Below, piece after piece: positions 1-8,839 of a stretch of DNA of 27,195 nucleotides. The number at the start of each line of letters is the position of its first letter. Position 1 is the first letter of the stretch. The notes beneath the pieces are model-generated. The model worked only from the letters and a program-made list of their open reading frames with translations. It had not been told where the DNA came from and ran no database searches. Both the position numbers and the translations under genes were made by a program. This DNA comes from Acholeplasma sp. (GTDB lineage Bacteria; Bacillota_I; Bacilli_A; Acholeplasmatales; UBA5453): the NCBI GenBank assembly GCA_036677365.1, contig JAVBWN010000037.1, positions 1 through 27,195 on the forward strand, in the 5' to 3' direction.

Positions 1-114
1 AAGGTACCAAGAAAAACTAAAAGGCTTAACTCCGATGGAATTTCGGAATCAGGCCTTAAAAATTGAATCAATTGTTTAATTATTTTCACTGTCTACTTGA
101 CAGGGGGCGGTTCA
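1..114 (+). mobile_element. Right end of an IS3-family (IS150/IS3-like) insertion sequence
   Basis: Transposase C-terminus at 2..79, followed by a terminal IR-like sequence CTGTCTACTTGACAGGGGGCGGTTCA ending in the canonical -CA at 114. Confidence 0.85.
2..79 (+). CDS. IS3-family transposase (OrfB) C-terminal end, truncated by the window edge
   Basis: Manual translation gives RYQEKLKGLTPMEFRNQALKIESIV*. The LxGLTPxE(F/Y)R motif is typical of IS3 OrfB C-termini. Not in the ORF track. Confidence 0.85.
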   Translation, partial: RYQEKLKGLTPMEFRNQALKIESIV

Positions 115-136
115 AGTTGAACTGTTTTTATTATGT

Positions 137-682
137 CTATTTGGTTGCAATCACAGCGTAATCGCCATCTTCACGGATGTAAGCGACATTGACTTGATTG
201 GTGGCTTCGTTTAAGAATACATAGAAATCATGCCCAGACATTTCCATTTCGATGAGGGCTTGATCGACCGACATCGCTTGTAGTTTGACTTCTTTGTTCT
301 TAACCAATTGTGATGCGAGCAACTCTTTTTCAATCGATTCTGTTTCAAATTCATCGGAATAAACTTTCTTCAAACCTTGTTTGATGAGGTGATTCTTGAG
401 TTTTTCCTTATGCTTCTTGATTTGTGTTACCAATTTATCGACGGATTTGTCGATCGCTGTGTACATATCCTGATCGGATACTTCAGCGCGAAGGATGATG
501 CCTTTCGCTGGGATGGTGACTTCGACTTTGTGGTGGTCTTTGTACACCTTCAGAACGACCCGTACTTCATGAATCAATTCTGTGTCGAAAAAGGAGACGA
601 CTTTGTTTAACCTTTTTTGGCAATAGTTTTTTATTGCTTCGGTAGGTTCAAAACCATTTTTACCAATGATATCATATTTCAT
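137..682 (-). CDS. hpf: Ribosome hibernation promoting factor (long HPF / RaiA)
   Basis: S30AE-like N-domain (TEAIKNY, VEVTI, LRAE, DMYTAID) and long-HPF C-domain (MSVDQALIEMEMSGHDFYVF...YIREDGDYAVI). RBS GGGAGG. Confidence 0.93.
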   Translation of the reverse strand: MKYDIIGKNGFEPTEAIKNYCQKRLNKVVSFFDTELIHEVRVVLKVYKDHHKVEVTIPAKGIILRAEVSDQDMYTAIDKSVDKLVTQIKKHKEKLKNHLIKQGLKKVYSDEFETESIEKELLASQLVKNKEVKLQAMSVDQALIEMEMSGHDFYVFLNEATNQVNVAYIREDGDYAVIATK

Positions 683-706
683 ATATGAATCCTCCCTTAC
701 ACCTAT

Positions 707-715
707 ATTATATCA
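707..715 (-). promoter_or_regulatory. Extended -10 promoter (TGaTATAAT) for hpf
   Basis: TGATATAAT on the minus strand, overlapping the upstream ORF's stop codon, about 25 nt before the hpf ATG. No clear -35. Confidence 0.55.
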
Positions 716-1079
716 TGAGTTTTGAAGGGAAAAGGCAAATGAGATAAATATCACATAGATTCAACTGTTCTAGTGCTTCAAATAAGGCTAAATCCAGCTC
801 ATCTCTAAACAAAATGAGGTCATTCTTATTTCTATGTGTTAAAAATATCAAAATGATTTTTAATGATTCATCCAAAAAAGCTTCTTCTTTAATTGCGCAG
901 TGTTCACTAAAGAGTGTATAGTGATGTAACAAATAACCTTCAATCGGTAACACAGTTTTGTGGATATATCTTGGATACCTTCGGTCACATCGATCACACC
1001 GCAGTTGGAGTGGTTCGGAAAAAAGTGTCCAAAGGGTTCTTTTGGGGAAAAAGTGGACTCTACACTGATAACATTTCAT
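708..1079 (-). CDS. Small protein with an N-terminal CxxC...CxxC zinc ribbon, resembling a truncated ComFC
   Basis: MKCYQC...LRCDRC. ATG at 1079 is preceded by AGGTGA. Lies directly upstream of hpf, where comFC sits in many Bacillota. No PRTase motif. Confidence 0.6.
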   Translation of the reverse strand: MKCYQCRVHFFPKRTLWTLFSEPLQLRCDRCDRRYPRYIHKTVLPIEGYLLHHYTLFSEHCAIKEEAFLDESLKIILIFLTHRNKNDLILFRDELDLALFEALEQLNLCDIYLICLFPSKLMI

Positions 1080-1115
1080 GATACTCACCTAAATATACAT
1101 ACAAGCTTCAGTATC

Positions 1116-1144
1116 AAAAAAGAAAAGAGCACCGAAGTGCTCTT
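1116..1144 (-). terminator. Intrinsic terminator of the EF-G paralog
   Basis: Minus strand AAGAGCAC-TTCG-GTGCTCTT followed by TTCTTTTTT. Confidence 0.85.
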
Positions 1145-1149
1145 AACGA

Positions 1150-3210
1150 TTAGTGTTCTTTGTACTTTTGAATGATGCCATCAATCAAATGTTGAGGGAC
1201 TTCTTCGTAACGACTGAATTCACGTTGGAAAATGCCAGAACCTTGAGTCATCGCTTTTAAATCGATGATGTATTTTTGAACTTCTGATTCTGGTGCTTCT
1301 GCTTCAATGACTTGTCCTTCATCGGATTGACTCATACCCATGACACGACCACGGCGTTTGTTCATGTCACCCATGACATCCCCAACATATTGGTCCTTGA
1401 CGGTAATATACATTTTAAGAATTGGTTCTAGAATGGTTGGTTGTGCACTCTTAACCGCTTCTTTGAATGCTAAGTTCGCAGCCAATTTAAAGGAGATTTC
1501 ATTGGAATCTACTGGGTGGTAAGACCCATCAAATAAAGTAGCTTTGACGAAGATTACTGGGAAACCCGCGAGTGGACCATGTTCAAAGGATTCAATCAAG
1601 CCTTTTTCGACGGCAGGGAAGTAGTTTCTTGGTACAGACCCACCAAATACTTCTTCAGCAAACTCAAATTCATTTTGAGAAGGTTCGAAACGGATGAATA
1701 CATGTCCAAATTGACCTGCACCACCGGATTGTTTCTTGTGTTTACCTTCAGCTTCGACTTTTTTCTTAATGGTTTCTCTATAGACAACTTTTGGTTCTTC
1801 GGTCATAACATCGACTTTAAAGACGGTTCTCATACGGTCGATGATGAAATTGATGTGGGTCATACCCAAACCACCCAATAATTGTTGAGCTGTTTCTTTG
1901 TTACGAATGATTTCAAATGAAGGGTCTTCGATATTTAAACGGGCTAAAGCGTTTGAAATCTTGTCTTCATCGGCTTTATTCTTCGGTGAAATCGCCACAT
2001 AAATGGTTGGTTTTAAAGTCTTGGTTGGTTCATAAACGATTGGGTTCTTTGGATCGGATAAGGTATACCCTGTATGGATATTTTCAAGTTTGGATACCGC
2101 TACGATGTCACCGGCATGCGCGAGTTCAATTGGGAATTGTTGTTTGCCTTGTAAAGCGAATAATGCCCCAATCTTTTCGAGTTTACCAGAATTGCCAATG
2201 AGGACTTCTTGACCCGTCTTCATCGTACCTGAATTGATTTTGATGATGTTGATTGCACCAACGAATGGGTCGATGGTGGTTTTGAACACATAACCCGAGA
2301 ATGGTTCATCGTCTTTGGTATGTCTAACGACGGCTTCATCATTTTTAGGATTGACGCCTTCAAGTGCTCTTAATTGGTCTGGTTGTGGTAAGAATTTCGC
2401 TAACATACCCAACATGGTACGGATACCAATGTTCTTGGTTGCAGAACCGACGATGACCGGGGTCAATTCGCCATGATAAATACCATTTTTTAAACCTTCA
2501 TTGATTTCTTCTTCTATGAGTTCTTCCCCACCAAAGAATTTTTCAAGGAGTTCATCACTGGTTTCAGCGACAGATTCCATGATCATATTACGAAGTTGTT
2601 CTATCTTTGGTTTCTTTTCATCCCAAATTGGGGCGTCGTGTGATGTGGTTCCATCGTAAATTCTGGCTTTCATTTCAATGACGTTAACGAATCCTTCAAA
2701 GTTTTCATTACGCCCAATTGGCCAACAGAATGGGACAGCTTTTTTACCTAATTTAACACGAATACTTTCTAAGACGTCTTCAAACTTGACATTTTCTTTG
2801 TCCATCTTGTTGACGAAAATAACCGCTGGAATGTGCATATCGCGGATTTCTTTCCATAGTCTTTCGGTCCCGACTTCGACGCCTTTAGAAGCGTCGACGA
2901 CAAGTACTGCCCCTTTAACCACAGAAAGTGATTGTTTAATTTCATTGTCTAATTCATCGGTGCCTGGCACATCCAAAAAGTTGAGCTTGATGCCATTGTA
3001 CTCTATCGGGATGATGCTGGTCGACAAACTACCTTGTTTCGCTTTTTCTTCATCCATAAAATCGGATACGGTGTTCTTAGCTTCGACGCTGCCACGTGAG
3101 CTAATGGCACCACTTGAAAATAATAATGCTTCAGCAATGCTGGTCTTTCCTGATCCTAGATGGCCTAGGATGGCAATGTTCCTGATTTGGTTTGTATCAT
3201 AAACCTTCAT
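1150..3210 (-). CDS. fusA: Elongation factor G paralog (EF-G2/EF-G-like), stand-alone copy
   Basis: 686 aa. G1 GHLGSGKTS, G3 DVPG, G4 NKMD. Domain IV motifs HKKQSGGAGQFG and YHPVDS; domain V EP...GDMNKRRG. Not in an rpsL-rpsG-fusA-tuf operon. Confidence 0.9.
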   Translation of the reverse strand: MKVYDTNQIRNIAILGHLGSGKTSIAEALLFSSGAISSRGSVEAKNTVSDFMDEEKAKQGSLSTSIIPIEYNGIKLNFLDVPGTDELDNEIKQSLSVVKGAVLVVDASKGVEVGTERLWKEIRDMHIPAVIFVNKMDKENVKFEDVLESIRVKLGKKAVPFCWPIGRNENFEGFVNVIEMKARIYDGTTSHDAPIWDEKKPKIEQLRNMIMESVAETSDELLEKFFGGEELIEEEINEGLKNGIYHGELTPVIVGSATKNIGIRTMLGMLAKFLPQPDQLRALEGVNPKNDEAVVRHTKDDEPFSGYVFKTTIDPFVGAINIIKINSGTMKTGQEVLIGNSGKLEKIGALFALQGKQQFPIELAHAGDIVAVSKLENIHTGYTLSDPKNPIVYEPTKTLKPTIYVAISPKNKADEDKISNALARLNIEDPSFEIIRNKETAQQLLGGLGMTHINFIIDRMRTVFKVDVMTEEPKVVYRETIKKKVEAEGKHKKQSGGAGQFGHVFIRFEPSQNEFEFAEEVFGGSVPRNYFPAVEKGLIESFEHGPLAGFPVIFVKATLFDGSYHPVDSNEISFKLAANLAFKEAVKSAQPTILEPILKMYITVKDQYVGDVMGDMNKRRGRVMGMSQSDEGQVIEAEAPESEVQKYIIDLKAMTQGSGIFQREFSRYEEVPQHLIDGIIQKYKEH

Positions 3211-3224
3211 ATCATTTTCCTCCT

Positions 3225-3238
3225 TGAAATCGGTTTCA
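3225..3238. promoter_or_regulatory. cre-like / LacI-family operator palindrome
   Basis: TGAAATCGGTTTCA fits TGWAANCGNTNWCA. It lies between the extended -10 (3251..3259) and the AAGGAGG RBS of the EF-G paralog. Confidence 0.55.
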
Positions 3239-3250
3239 CTACTTGATTAA

Positions 3251-3259
3251 ATTATAACA
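3251..3259 (-). promoter_or_regulatory. Extended -10 promoter (TGtTATAAT) for the EF-G paralog
   Basis: Minus-strand TGTTATAAT about 40 nt upstream of the ATG. The -35 is weak. Confidence 0.55.
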
Positions 3260-3319
3260 TAACGCCATAAGTTTGCGCATCTCTTTTTTGTATGGGAATT
3301 TGTGGTATAATGGCGATGG

Positions 3320-3577
3320 GTGAAAAACATGGAAAAACGTTCTGTAAAACTCATCAAATGGTATCAAAAAAACGTCTCCCCAAACAAGCATTTTGTGTGC
3401 AGGCATAAGCCCTCATGTTCGAATTATGCATTGGGATGTTTTGAGCGTTTCAGCTTTCCGAAAGCCATGTACCTCTCGACCAAAAGAGTACTGACTTGTA
3501 ACCCCTTATTCAAACCGAAATATGACCCAATTCCAGAGAAAAAAGAAAAAATCAAGAAAGATGCTTCTAATTTATAA
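3320..3577 (+). CDS. yidD: Membrane protein insertion efficiency factor YidD
   Basis: LIKWYQKNVSP...CRHKPSCSNYA...CNP...YDPIP pattern. The start could be ATG 3329. TGgTATAAT at 3303..3311. Confidence 0.88.
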   Translation: MKNMEKRSVKLIKWYQKNVSPNKHFVCRHKPSCSNYALGCFERFSFPKAMYLSTKRVLTCNPLFKPKYDPIPEKKEKIKKDASNL

Positions 3578-3604
3578 ATCTATTCATAATAATTATAACT
3601 TTAT

Positions 3605-3633
3605 TTGAAAATACACCTCATTTTGATTATCAT
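3605..3633 (+). promoter_or_regulatory. Sigma-A type promoter of the feo operon
   Basis: TTGAAA (3605..3610), 17 bp spacer, TATCAT (3628..3633). Confidence 0.65.
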
Positions 3634-3638
3634 TATCA
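3624..3638. promoter_or_regulatory. Fur box (Fur-family operator)
   Basis: TGATTATCATTATCA has one mismatch to the 7-1-7 consensus TGATAATnATTATCA and overlaps the -10 of a ferrous iron uptake operon. Confidence 0.8.
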
Positions 3639-3660
3639 GTGAAAAATGAGGTGTTTTTTT

Positions 3661-3912
3661 ATGCCTACTTGCGATCTACAGATACTATCTCTCGACCAGT
3701 TAAAAACAGGTCAAAAAGGTAAGGTCATTAAAATTGAATCGGCATCCAAAGAAATTAAAAGACGTCTACTGGATATGGGGATTACGCCAGGGGTTGTTAT
3801 CGAGATTAAACGTATCGCACCGCTCGGTGATCCTTATGACATCAAAGTCAGAGATTATGACCTGTGTGTACGAAAAGCGGACTTGGCTTTGATTGAGGTA
3901 CACCCGCTATGA
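3661..3912 (+). CDS. feoA: Ferrous iron transport protein A
   Basis: RRLLDMGITPG...APLGDP motif. ATG 3661 is preceded by a GAGGTG RBS and is preferred over 3646. Confidence 0.92.
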   Translation: MPTCDLQILSLDQLKTGQKGKVIKIESASKEIKRRLLDMGITPGVVIEIKRIAPLGDPYDIKVRDYDLCVRKADLALIEVHPL

Positions 3913-5888
3913 GAATTGCTTTAATCGGAAATCAAAACAGTGGTAAAACCACCCTGTTTAATGCACTTACAGGGTCAAATCAAAAAATCGGGAACTGGCC
4001 AGGCGTCACGATTGAACAGAAGGTTGGCTATATTTCTAAAGGTAACCATGAGTTGATTGACTTACCAGGGATATATTCATTGTCGCCTTACACGATTGAA
4101 GAAGCGCTCTCGCGTGCGTTTCTATTACAAGAAAAACCAGACTTAATCATCAACATCATCGACGCGACGTCGATTGAACGCAGTTTATACCTAACCACCC
4201 AGTTGATGGAACTCAACATCGATATGGTGATTGCTTTAAACATGGCGGATATGTTTGACAAAAAAGGCATTTCGATTGATATCCGTGCTTTATCTGAAAA
4301 ACTTCAAACCACGGTTATTAAAATATCGGCATTGAAGCGTTCAGGATTGAATGAATTGATCGACATCATTGACCATCAATCGTATATGAAGCATCAAACT
4401 CAAAATATATTTAAACCCAATGTTGAAAAAATCATTGGTCACTTGGTCAATCAAATCCATCAAGAACATGCCAGATTTATCGCCATCAAATTGCTGGAAA
4501 AAGACCCCATCATCGAATCTGAAGGGTTAGACATCGATAAATGGATCAAGCCTTTAGAACAATCCTATAAACAGGACATCGAAACCACCATCGCTGCTGG
4601 ACGTTACGATTATATCGAAGCCTTAAAGGCACAAACCTTTGTGCGCTTGCATCATGGTGACCATACCACAGAGTTATTGGATCGGGTATTTCTAAATCGA
4701 TGGTTGGCTTTACCGATATTCGCTTTGATCATGTTTTTAATCTATTACATCTCGGTTGGCGTGATTGGCACATTAACCGTTGATTTTATCGATGGCCAGA
4801 TTTCTGCATTTGCAGGATTCATGTTTGATTGGCTACAATCCATCGGTGCCTCTACATGGTCTGCTTCCTTGGTCGCCGATGGGATGATTGCCGGGGTGGG
4901 TGCGGTACTCAATTTCGTACCACAACTCATATTGCTATTCATTTTGATCAGTTTATTGGAGTCGACAGGTTACATGACGCGTATCGCCTTCTTCTTGGAC
5001 CGTTTATTTAAAAAGTTTGGCTTATCGGGTAAATCTTTGATTCCATTCATTCTAGGGTCTGGTTGTAGTATCCCTGGGATTATGGCCACCCGTACGATTG
5101 AAGGTCAAGATGAAAGGCGTATGTCGATTATGTTGACACCGTTCATTCCATGCAGTGCGAAATTGCCCATCATTGCGTTATTTGCTTCCTTCTTCTTCCC
5201 AAATCATGCGGGATTGGTTTCATTCAGTTTATACATGTTATCGATTGTCATCATATTGCTTTCAGCCATCATCATGAAAACATTTTTCTTCAAAGGGACC
5301 CCATCTGCGTTCATCTCGGAATTACCTAACTATAAGTTACCAGATATCCGATATACGATAAGGGATGTCTATGATAAGATCTATGAATTCATTGAAAAAG
5401 CCGGCACCATCATTTTAATGTCTTCGATCATCATTTGGTTTTTAACCTCATTCTCATTTAGATTGGCATATGGGGTGGATGTCGATCAATCCATCTTAGC
5501 TTATATAGGTCGAGTGTTCAGTTATCTCTTCTATCCAATGCTCGGTGAATTATCGTGGGCGACATCGGTATCTGCCATCCAAGGGTTGGTTGCGAAAGAA
5601 CAAGTGGTATCTTCCATGGCTGTGATTGGTGGGTTATCTGCTGACATCACCGAGGGAAACTTAATTCTTAATGCCCCGATTTATGCCTTTTTCACACCAG
5701 CTTCTGCCTATGCGTTTATGGCATTCAACTTATTCTCAGCCCCATGTTTTGGTGCAATTGGTGCCATGCGTAAGGAATTGGGTTCAGCCAAGAAAATGTG
5801 GCAAGCCATTCTATTTCAAACAGGTATGGCTTATGTGCTTGGTATTTTGATTTATCAAGTATTTACTATAATTGGAGGTTTACTATGA
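3909..5888 (+). CDS. feoB: Ferrous iron transport protein B
   Basis: G1 GNQNSGKTT, GNWPGVT, DLPGIYSL, NMAD; membrane domain with PCSAKLP and GLVAKE. ATGA overlap with feoA. Confidence 0.96.
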   Translation: MRIALIGNQNSGKTTLFNALTGSNQKIGNWPGVTIEQKVGYISKGNHELIDLPGIYSLSPYTIEEALSRAFLLQEKPDLIINIIDATSIERSLYLTTQLMELNIDMVIALNMADMFDKKGISIDIRALSEKLQTTVIKISALKRSGLNELIDIIDHQSYMKHQTQNIFKPNVEKIIGHLVNQIHQEHARFIAIKLLEKDPIIESEGLDIDKWIKPLEQSYKQDIETTIAAGRYDYIEALKAQTFVRLHHGDHTTELLDRVFLNRWLALPIFALIMFLIYYISVGVIGTLTVDFIDGQISAFAGFMFDWLQSIGASTWSASLVADGMIAGVGAVLNFVPQLILLFILISLLESTGYMTRIAFFLDRLFKKFGLSGKSLIPFILGSGCSIPGIMATRTIEGQDERRMSIMLTPFIPCSAKLPIIALFASFFFPNHAGLVSFSLYMLSIVIILLSAIIMKTFFFKGTPSAFISELPNYKLPDIRYTIRDVYDKIYEFIEKAGTIILMSSIIIWFLTSFSFRLAYGVDVDQSILAYIGRVFSYLFYPMLGELSWATSVSAIQGLVAKEQVVSSMAVIGGLSADITEGNLILNAPIYAFFTPASAYAFMAFNLFSAPCFGAIGAMRKELGSAKKMWQAILFQTGMAYVLGILIYQVFTIIGGLL

Positions 5889-6064
5889 CTCTGGTAGACA
5901 TCATCATTTTAATCGTTGTTATAGGGTTACTATCCGCAATCACTTATTTTCGATTCATTAAACGTAAAACCGGTTTGGGTTGCAACTGTAGTTTAAAAAG
6001 CAGTTGTAGTTTAAAAGTCGATACCATCAAAGCGATGTTTGAAGAAATTCAACACACAAATTGA
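5885..6064 (+). CDS. FeoB-associated small Cys-rich membrane protein
   Basis: MTLVDIIILIVVIGLLSAITYF (one TM) then GCNC...C. ATG 5885 overlaps the feoB TGA and has a GGAGG RBS. Confidence 0.8.
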   Translation: MTLVDIIILIVVIGLLSAITYFRFIKRKTGLGCNCSLKSSCSLKVDTIKAMFEEIQHTN

Positions 6065-6075
6065 TACGCCACATC

Positions 6076-6103
6076 AAAAAAAACCACCTTTGACGGTGGT
6101 TTT
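6076..6103. terminator. Bidirectional terminator between the feo operon and the antiporter gene
   Basis: AAAACCACC-TTTGAC-GGTGGTTTT between convergent genes. Confidence 0.8.
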
Positions 6104-6109
6104 CGTTTC

Positions 6110-7390
6110 TTAATGGTGTCTTGCTGGGTGGTCGCTTGGGATGGACACAGGGTCGCACTTCCCATGAAATTCGCGTAATTCGCCAGCAAAATTCAAGCTT
6201 CTTCTCATCAATAATGGTGCGAAGAATTCGAATATCAATACAGCGGTTAAAATAACACTCTTGATTTTTGGATCATCTAAAGCGATGACAGCGATGGTTG
6301 CTAAACCGATTTCAATCCCTCCTTGGGTTAAAATCGAGGTTGGCAAGTAGCGTTTGACCACCGCTTGGGGTTTCGTGATTCTTGTACCAAGGTAGCCTGC
6401 TAAAAGTTTACCAGAGGCGTGACCGACGGCGTATAGTACTGCAAAGAATCCATATTGAATCAGCATCGAAATCGACAGTTCAGCACCTGCAATGACGAAG
6501 AACGCAATGAACAGCGGTGGAATGAACTCATCGACGGTGAGTGTTTCAAACTTATACGTGGGTTTGTCGATGCGGTTTGTAAAGATGAAACCCAATACGA
6601 ATGTTGTAATAACATAAGGCACACCCAACAAAATGGAACCTACAGTCGCCGATAATACAAAGGAAACCGAGAATACCAAATACATTTCATGTTTGGCGTG
6701 GCGTTCAAAACGGGTGAATAGGTGGTGTTGTGCATAGCTCATAACGAGGGACAACATGATACCAAGTAATACCGCTAAACCGATATTTTTCAATGGTTCG
6801 ATCATTTCGTGGATGGTGATGGCTGTTTGATCTTTGAGATTGACTGCGATTACCAATGTGAATAAGAATAGGATGACGCCAACGACGTTATCAAAACCAA
6901 CAATGGAATATAGTGTATCGGTCACAGGGCCTTTTGAACGGTGTTTTTTGGTGATTTCAATGACTGGGGCTGCAGCAGTCGCCACGGAGATTGCGGCGAT
7001 GATGAGTGCACGCCAAACCGGTTGATTGAAAAGCATGAATAGGCCAAAAGTGAATCCCATGACAAATAGAATTTCTAGCCCTAACACCAATAGCACTTCT
7101 TTGATACGTGCTTTCACTTTAGGCCACCATAACAATGTACCTAATTGGAAGGTGATGAAGCCCAAAGCGATGTTTGTCACCACGTCTAACTTCAAAATTT
7201 GCTCATGTGTGATGAGACCTACGCCAGAGAGAATCATCCCTGCGACGATATAGCCGGTAACTTCAGGTAGATTGAATCGTTCAGCAATTTTACCAAACAA
7301 CAAACCGACCAAAATCATCAAAGCCAAATAAAATAAGCTGATGTAAGCCCCGTCTAGATTCAAAGTGACGTTGGCTAAAAGGTTTAACAT
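6110..7390 (-). CDS. Cation:proton antiporter (CPA2 / Na+/H+ exchanger family)
   Basis: Highly hydrophobic 426 aa with LPEVTGYIVAG, ATAAAP, GFDN, FFVIAGAEL and TQGG motifs. Confidence 0.85.
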   Translation of the reverse strand: MLNLLANVTLNLDGAYISLFYLALMILVGLLFGKIAERFNLPEVTGYIVAGMILSGVGLITHEQILKLDVVTNIALGFITFQLGTLLWWPKVKARIKEVLLVLGLEILFVMGFTFGLFMLFNQPVWRALIIAAISVATAAAPVIEITKKHRSKGPVTDTLYSIVGFDNVVGVILFLFTLVIAVNLKDQTAITIHEMIEPLKNIGLAVLLGIMLSLVMSYAQHHLFTRFERHAKHEMYLVFSVSFVLSATVGSILLGVPYVITTFVLGFIFTNRIDKPTYKFETLTVDEFIPPLFIAFFVIAGAELSISMLIQYGFFAVLYAVGHASGKLLAGYLGTRITKPQAVVKRYLPTSILTQGGIEIGLATIAVIALDDPKIKSVILTAVLIFEFFAPLLMRRSLNFAGELREFHGKCDPVSIPSDHPARHH

Positions 7391-7417
7391 GTATACTTTC
7401 CTCTAATCTATATTATT

Positions 7418-8839
7418 TTAGTAAGCACGCGCAAACAAAATGGTTTGTGTGGCTTTTTTGCCTGTAACTGGGCAAATTTCAGTGATGAGTGGTTCATTTA
7501 AAATGACACGGGCAGTGGCTTGAACATCGGCTTTGATGATCAGTTCAGCTTCTTCACCAGCAACGCTCATCTTAATGTATCCACCTTTTTCAATTTGGAC
7601 TTTGAAGTCATCATACGATTGTGCAACAAATGTATTTGCGGTAACGTGAGCCAAGGCTTTTTCATATAAAGCATCGTGCATTGTTTTGAGTACCGTTGGC
7701 ATGGATGCTACCACAGAGTCTAGGGCAACGGTTTGTTTACTGCGGTCATGTCTTTGGGTGATGGTCACTTGTCCATTGGCCAAATCTCTTGGTCCAATTT
7801 CAATACGGACAGGGACCCCCTTCATTTCATATTCAGCAAACTTCCACCCTGGTGTACGATTGGAATCGTCTAATTTCACACGATAACCAGCCGCTTTTAA
7901 ATCCGCAAACATTTGATTGGATGCTGCCATGACTTCAGGACGTTGGCTTTGAATTGGAATGATGACGATTTGTGTAGGTGCAACATACGGTGGTAATACC
8001 AACCCTTCATCGTCCCCATGGACCATGATGACTGCACCAATTAAACGGGTTGAAACACCCCAAGAGGTTTGGAATACGTTTTTAACTTGATTGTCATTGT
8101 CTTGGAATTTGATGTCAAATGCTTTTGCAAACCCATCACCAAAGTAGTGAGAGGTACCGGATTGTAATGCTTTGCCATCATGCATCAATGCTTCGATGGC
8201 ATAGGTTTCTACCGCACCTGCAAATTTTTCTTTTTCGGTTTTTCTACCTGTCACAAATGGGATGGCAAGCAAATCTTTACCTAAATTGTTGTAGATATCG
8301 AGCATGCCTAAAGTTTCTGCTCTTGCTTCTGATTCAGTTCTGTGGATGGTGTGACCTTCTTGCCAGAGGAATTCTTTACCTCTTAAGAATGGACGGGTTG
8401 TTTTTTCCCAACGCACCACGGAACACCATTGGTTATATTTCTTAGGTAAGTCACGGTAGGAAGAAACAATCTTAGCATAATGTTGGCAAAATAAAACTTC
8501 TGATGTAGGACGGATGATGAGCTTTTCACCTTCATCACCAGCCGAGGTTGTCATGAAGGCTGTTTCTGGTGCAAACCCTTGAACGTGGTCTTTTTCTTTT
8601 TGAAATAAGGATTCAGAAATGACCATCGGCATATAGACATTTTCATGGCCGGTATCTTTAAATTTTTGGTCTAAATATCGTTGAATATTTTCCCAAATGG
8701 CGTATCCATAAGGACGATAGATGATGAACCCTTTCGCATCACTATAATCCATCAATTCTGCTTTAATACATAAATCGGTATACCACTGTGCGAAATCTTT
8801 ATCTCGCGACGTGATGGTTTCTACGAGTTTTTTATCCAT
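7418..8839 (-). CDS. proS: Proline--tRNA ligase, archaeal/eukaryote-like type
   Basis: DFAQWY, IRPTSE, VVRWEKTTRPFLR..EFLWQEGHT, QSGTSH, TSWGVSTR; C-terminal ARAY. No INS editing domain. Confidence 0.96.
   Translation of the reverse strand: MDKKLVETITSRDKDFAQWYTDLCIKAELMDYSDAKGFIIYRPYGYAIWENIQRYLDQKFKDTGHENVYMPMVISESLFQKEKDHVQGFAPETAFMTTSAGDEGEKLIIRPTSEVLFCQHYAKIVSSYRDLPKKYNQWCSVVRWEKTTRPFLRGKEFLWQEGHTIHRTESEARAETLGMLDIYNNLGKDLLAIPFVTGRKTEKEKFAGAVETYAIEALMHDGKALQSGTSHYFGDGFAKAFDIKFQDNDNQVKNVFQTSWGVSTRLIGAVIMVHGDDEGLVLPPYVAPTQIVIIPIQSQRPEVMAASNQMFADLKAAGYRVKLDDSNRTPGWKFAEYEMKGVPVRIEIGPRDLANGQVTITQRHDRSKQTVALDSVVASMPTVLKTMHDALYEKALAHVTANTFVAQSYDDFKVQIEKGGYIKMSVAGEEAELIIKADVQATARVILNEPLITEICPVTGKKATQTILFARAY

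Noticed and set aside
5798..5884. Longer start for the Cys-rich protein
   Set aside because: It overlaps feoB. ATG 5885 has a GGAGG RBS and ATGA coupling.
6110..6170. His/Cys-containing C-terminal tail of the antiporter as a metal sensor linked to feo
   Set aside because: Too short to support the idea, and the gene is convergent with feo and separated from it by a terminator.
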